Source: a virus. From it: 55,308 nt of DNA. Shown piece by piece: positions 52,060 through 55,308 of this stretch (the first letter of the stretch is position 1; every line of letters starts with the position of its first letter). Below the pieces are notes generated by a model that was given only the letters and a program-made list of their open reading frames with translations, was not told the DNA's origin and searched no databases. The stretch is taken from IMG/VR virus record IMGVR_UViG_3300045988_052571; one strand, written 5' to 3'. The position numbers were made by a program, and so were the translations under genes.

Positions 52060-52125
52060 TGTTGCCCGCCCCTGCCCGCCGTGCTATAATCGTGACAGGC
52101 GGAAAGGGGGTGATTTTGTATGCCT
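52060..52125 (+). promoter_or_regulatory. promoter/RBS cassette, copy B
   Basis: TTGCCC, 17-bp spacer, TGCTATAAT (52082-90), the same RBS, then ATGCCT. Confidence 0.6.
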
Positions 52126-52335
52126 ATCTGTCCTCGTTGCGGTTCCGCTGTTGGTTCTGACGCTCGATTCTGTTCCAACTGCGGCGCACCTCTGAATGTC
52201 AGTTCTGAAAACTTCTGCACCAATCCTGATTGCAAACGTCATAAGGAACATTTTTCTTTTGCTCCCGGCGTTCGTTTCTGCGACCAGTGCGGAAAGCTGA
52301 CGACTGACGGCAAAAAGATTGAAGCTCTGATTTGA
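52120..52335 (+). CDS. double zinc-ribbon moron-like protein
   Basis: 71 aa; CPRCG...CSNCG...CTNPDC...CDQCG. Confidence 0.55.
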   Translation: MPICPRCGSAVGSDARFCSNCGAPLNVSSENFCTNPDCKRHKEHFSFAPGVRFCDQCGKLTTDGKKIEALI

Positions 52336-52350
52336 GCATCTTTCTTTTCT

Positions 52351-52386
52351 AAGCTCCTGCTTGTGGAAGAAGCGGGAGCTTTTTTA
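52351..52386 (+). terminator. intrinsic terminator
   Basis: AAGCTCCTGCTT-GTGGAAG-AAGCGGGAGCTT followed by TTTT. Confidence 0.75.
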
Positions 52387-52704
52387 CGCCCACTTTTCGC
52401 CGTTCAGTCTGACCCAGACCAGCTTGCCGGACTTGTCCTTGAACAGAACAACTTCTTCTCCGTCGTCGATGTTCTCAAACTCGCGGGCAAGTTTCAGGCG
52501 GTCGTCCAGCGTTTCGACCTTTGCCGACCCGCCGATGTTCCCGCCCTGCATCTTTATCAGTTCGGACAGCATCGCGGCCCGTTCCGCCTTGCGCCCCTCA
52601 AAGAGTACACGGCGAATCGTTCCGTAGAGGTTGTACATATCGCGCACACGCCAGCTAATCGCACTTTTCAGAACATCCGCGTATATACTTTTCTCTTTCT
52701 GCAT
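52384..52704 (-). CDS. first gene of the leftward early operon (Cro/antirepressor position)
   Basis: 106 aa; divergent from the CI-like repressor; function unknown. Confidence 0.45.
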   Translation of the reverse strand: MQKEKSIYADVLKSAISWRVRDMYNLYGTIRRVLFEGRKAERAAMLSELIKMQGGNIGGSAKVETLDDRLKLAREFENIDDGEEVVLFKDKSGKLVWVRLNGEKWA

Positions 52705-52744
52705 CTCTCTTCACCTCTCTTTTCTGTTGTTCTTATGTTGCCTG

Positions 52745-52841
52745 TCGGAACTTTACAGTGCCATTATAGTCAATTCTCGGAACATTGTCAATGGTTTTCT
52801 GGGTTTCTTTTGTTGATTTTCGGAACTTTATTTGCTATAAT
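52745..52841. promoter_or_regulatory. divergent switch region: three TCGGAAC sites and an extended -10 for the repressor gene
   Basis: TCGGAAC at 52745, 52777 and 52820; TGCTATAAT at 52833-41; TACAGTGCCA at 52754-63 is shared with 28530-39. Confidence 0.5.
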
Positions 52842-52871
52842 GGGATTGCAGAAAGGTGGTGAATAAAATAA

Positions 52872-53372
52872 ATGACCATTGGCGAAAGAATTAAAGTCCT
52901 CCGTAAAGAGAAAAATCTTTCGATGGAGGATTTTGGCTCTGTAATCGGTATGGGCAAGTCTGCTGTCAGCCGTATCGAAAACGGGGTCAACGGAACAACG
53001 GATCAAACTATCCGCTCCATCTGCCGCGAGTTCGGGGTCAATGAACGCTGGCTCCGCACTGGCGAGGGAGAGATGTTCGAGCAGACACGGGAAACTGTAC
53101 TGGATCGGCTGGCCGCCGAATACAGCCTGGACAAAGAGCAGGTCTCGGTGATTGAGAACTTTCTTGATCTGTCCCCGCAGGAACGCACGCTGTTCCTTAC
53201 ACAGATGCGCAAGGTCTTTGGCGGGCCTGCCGTACAGCCGCCCCGCCGGGTGGACGTGTCCGACGATGTGGCCGCTGCCGTTGTCAACGTGCAGGACGAG
53301 GTAGCCCGGTACAACGCCGAGCAGGCCGACGAGGCCGCCAGTGGGGGAAAAGAATCTTCTTCCACAGGTTAG
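52872..53372 (+). CDS. XRE-family (CI-like) repressor
   Basis: 166 aa; HTH IKVLRKEKNLSMEDFGSVIGMGKSAVSRIENG. Confidence 0.75.
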   Translation: MTIGERIKVLRKEKNLSMEDFGSVIGMGKSAVSRIENGVNGTTDQTIRSICREFGVNERWLRTGEGEMFEQTRETVLDRLAAEYSLDKEQVSVIENFLDLSPQERTLFLTQMRKVFGGPAVQPPRRVDVSDDVAAAVVNVQDEVARYNAEQADEAASGGKESSSTG

Positions 53373-53438
53373 TGCTTGACCGTGCCGCCGCTGAATGGCG
53401 CAGGAAGCACCAGTAAAATTCAGCACACAAAAAGAAAA

Positions 53439-53471
53439 AGCCCACCGGGGGACAGCCCGGTAGGCTTTTTC
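53439..53471 (+). terminator. intrinsic terminator after the repressor gene
   Basis: AGCCCACCGGG-GGACAG-CCCGGTAGGCT followed by TTTTT. Confidence 0.65.
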
Positions 53472-53694
53472 GTGTATGGCAAATAAAAACACCCCATCTT
53501 CTCCGCAGAAAAGACAGGGCGTTTTGGAACGAGTTGAACCTAAACGTGCAACTCTACTTATATAAATGGCTCCCAGATATGATATTTCGGAAATGAATTT
53601 AACTTTTTGACTGTTGAAAGTGTGGAAAGATTTATTTTCCCCAGAACTTGCAACGGCTTGCAACAAACTTAAAACTACTTGAAAGGTGGTATTT

Positions 53695-55308
53695 ATGCCT
53701 CGCAAAAAGAAACTGCAAGAGGTAGGCGGACTGCGGCTGGTGGCGTACTATCGCTACTCCAACGGCGGCCAGCAGACCGAGCAGAGCATTGAGGGCCAGC
53801 GCCGGGACTGTGAGGCCTACGCCAAAGCCCACGGCTACAAGATCGTCCATGAGTATATCGACCGCCACATTTCCGGCAAGAGCGACAGCCGCCCGGCGTT
53901 CCAACAGATGATCTCCGACAGCGACAGCCACCTCTTCGACGCTGTGATCTGCTGGAAAACAGACCGCCTCGCCCGCAGCCGCTACGACTCCATCATCTAC
54001 AAGACCCGCCTGCGGAGGAACGGGGTCAAGATTCTGTATGCCGCCGAGACGGTGGTAGACGGCCCAGAGGGTATTATCATTGAGGGCTTGATGGAATCCC
54101 TGGCCGAGTATTACTCCGCCGAACTGGCGCAGAAACTCCGCCGCGGCCAGCGGGAAAGCGCGCTCAAGTGCATTGCCCTGGGCGGCAACCGTAGCTTTGG
54201 CTACGACATCGGGCCGGACAAGCACTACTGCATCAACGAGAAGCAGGCCCCCGCCGTGCGGTACATCTTTGAGCAGTACGCCGCCGGGGCTACCGCCGCC
54301 GACATCGTGCGGGAACTGACCGCCCGCGGCTACCGCACCAGCCGTGGCAATCCGTTCAACAAGAACTCTATCTGCCGGATCATCACCAACGAGATGTATC
54401 TTGGCGTGTACAAATACGCCGACATCCGCATTGAGGGGGGAGTGCCTGCCATGATCGACCGGGAGCTGTTCAACCGCTGCCAGACCCAGCTTGCCTTTAA
54501 CCGCGCCCACGGTGGCGGCAAGGGTGCGCCCAGGGCTGACTATGTGCTTGTTGGTAAACTGGACTGCGGCCTGTGCGGTCATGCCATGAAAGGAGCCAGC
54601 GCCACGGGCCACACCGGGAGCAAGCACTACTACTACACCTGCACCCAGCACGTCGAGAAGAAGTGTCCCAAGACCTCCATTGAAAAAAACTATCTGGAAC
54701 AGGTCATCGTGGACGGCGTTGCAAAGTACGTCCTTACCCCGGAAAAGATTTCTCAGATTGTGGACTGCATGATGGAATTGCAGGCCAAGGAGCAGGAGCC
54801 GAAAGGCAACCCGGAGAAGGACGCTCTGGAAGCAGAGCTGGCCGAGTGCCGCCGCAAGCAGAACAATATCCTTGAGGCCATCGAAGAGGGCGGCAGCGCC
54901 CGCCTTGCGGCCCGCCTGCGCGCTCTCGAAGAACAGGAAGCCCAGCTTACCTTTGCTCTGGGCGAGATCAACAACGCCCCCGCGCCGCCCCAGTTCAGCC
55001 GGGAAGCGCTCACGTTCATGTTCGAGCAGTTCCGCCGGGAAGAGGACGAGGTGGACGAAGAGTACCGCCGCCGCATCCTGGATACGTTCGTTTCGTCCAT
55101 CCTGCTGTACGAGGATCGGGCAGAGGTCAAGTTCAATATAACCGACCAGAAAACCGGGGACTTTGAGTGGGTGATTTTACCCATTTCTGCAAACAAAAAG
55201 CCCCCGGAAGATGACGATATAACGTCAAATTCCGAGGGTTCTACCGCGTTGCGGTTGGTGGACGAACCGCAACGCCGGACGAACCCATGCGTTGAGATTT
55301 CGCCTTAC
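53695..55308 (+). CDS. int: large serine recombinase (integrase); ORF open at the window end and completed at 56..100
   Basis: ATG 53695 with RBS GAAAGGTGG; my translation MPRKKKLQEVGGLRLVAYYRYSNGGQQTEQSIEGQRRDCEAYA...DAVICWKTDRLARS (resolvase catalytic domain), recombinase domain, Cys-rich CGLCGH...YYYTC, coiled-coil; absent from the ORF track. Confidence 0.9.
   Translation, partial: MPRKKKLQEVGGLRLVAYYRYSNGGQQTEQSIEGQRRDCEAYAKAHGYKIVHEYIDRHISGKSDSRPAFQQMISDSDSHLFDAVICWKTDRLARSRYDSIIYKTRLRRNGVKILYAAETVVDGPEGIIIEGLMESLAEYYSAELAQKLRRGQRESALKCIALGGNRSFGYDIGPDKHYCINEKQAPAVRYIFEQYAAGATAADIVRELTARGYRTSRGNPFNKNSICRIITNEMYLGVYKYADIRIEGGVPAMIDRELFNRCQTQLAFNRAHGGGKGAPRADYVLVGKLDCGLCGHAMKGASATGHTGSKHYYYTCTQHVEKKCPKTSIEKNYLEQVIVDGVAKYVLTPEKISQIVDCMMELQAKEQEPKGNPEKDALEAELAECRRKQNNILEAIEEGGSARLAARLRALEEQEAQLTFALGEINNAPAPPQFSREALTFMFEQFRREEDEVDEEYRRRILDTFVSSILLYEDRAEVKFNITDQKTGDFEWVILPISANKKPPEDDDITSNSEGSTALRLVDEPQRRTNPCVEISPY
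55254..55308. repeat. 55-bp terminal direct repeat (second copy)
   Basis: Identical to 1..55. Confidence 0.9.

Noticed and set aside
52788-54651. Minus-strand ORFs 52788..53705 (305 aa) and 53632..54651 (339 aa)
   Set aside because: They are antisense to the CI-like repressor and the serine recombinase. They have junk composition and look prominent only because the true + strand integrase ORF is missing from the track.

Overview
The window is one complete, apparently circular temperate phage genome. Its unique length is about 55,253 bp, and the two ends are an identical 55-bp overlap. The phage has a contractile tail. AGGAGG-type ribosome-binding sites (RBS) and mid-50s %GC suggest a Firmicutes/Clostridia-like host, but that is inference only.

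Layout:
- Lysis cassette, 304-1435.
- A complete diversity-generating retroelement (DGR): RT 1555-2739, TR 2920-3035, Avd 3075-3518, target with VR1 3610-4716.
- P2/Mu-like fibre, baseplate, tape-measure, tube and sheath genes, 4.7-17.4 kb. The tail chaperone carries a -1 frameshift site.
- Lambda-like head and packaging genes, 19.5-27.2 kb: E-like capsid, D-like decoration protein, ClpP-type protease, portal, gpW, GpA-type TerL and two HTH small-terminase-like genes.
- A GC-rich, ORF-poor 1-kb region enclosed by long inverted repeats, 27.56-28.24 kb.
- A control region with five copies of a 13-mer operator, followed by a rightward operon of small early genes (28.7-34.5 kb). Seven of these genes are preceded by a conserved two-hairpin repeat.
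- A long leftward early operon, 34.8-52.7 kb. It encodes a sigma-like regulator, DUF1064, an HUH Rep-like protein, many Cys-rich mini-proteins, SPFH, HAD, a 3D-domain protein, an apparently circularly permuted C5 methyltransferase, an HD hydrolase, a roughly 475-nt structured RNA candidate ending in a tRNA-like module, and a second, remote DGR target (VR2 49614-49724).
- A CI-like repressor and a large serine recombinase. The recombinase ORF crosses the contig junction and is therefore missing from the supplied ORF track.

Best leads:
- the two-target DGR;
- the large structured RNA with a tRNA-like 3' end;
- the seven-copy structured leader repeat showing compensatory changes;
- the inverted-repeat-flanked GC-rich element;
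- the permuted methyltransferase with a protein-like ORF in its +1 frame.

All functional calls come from reading motifs by eye. No searches were run.
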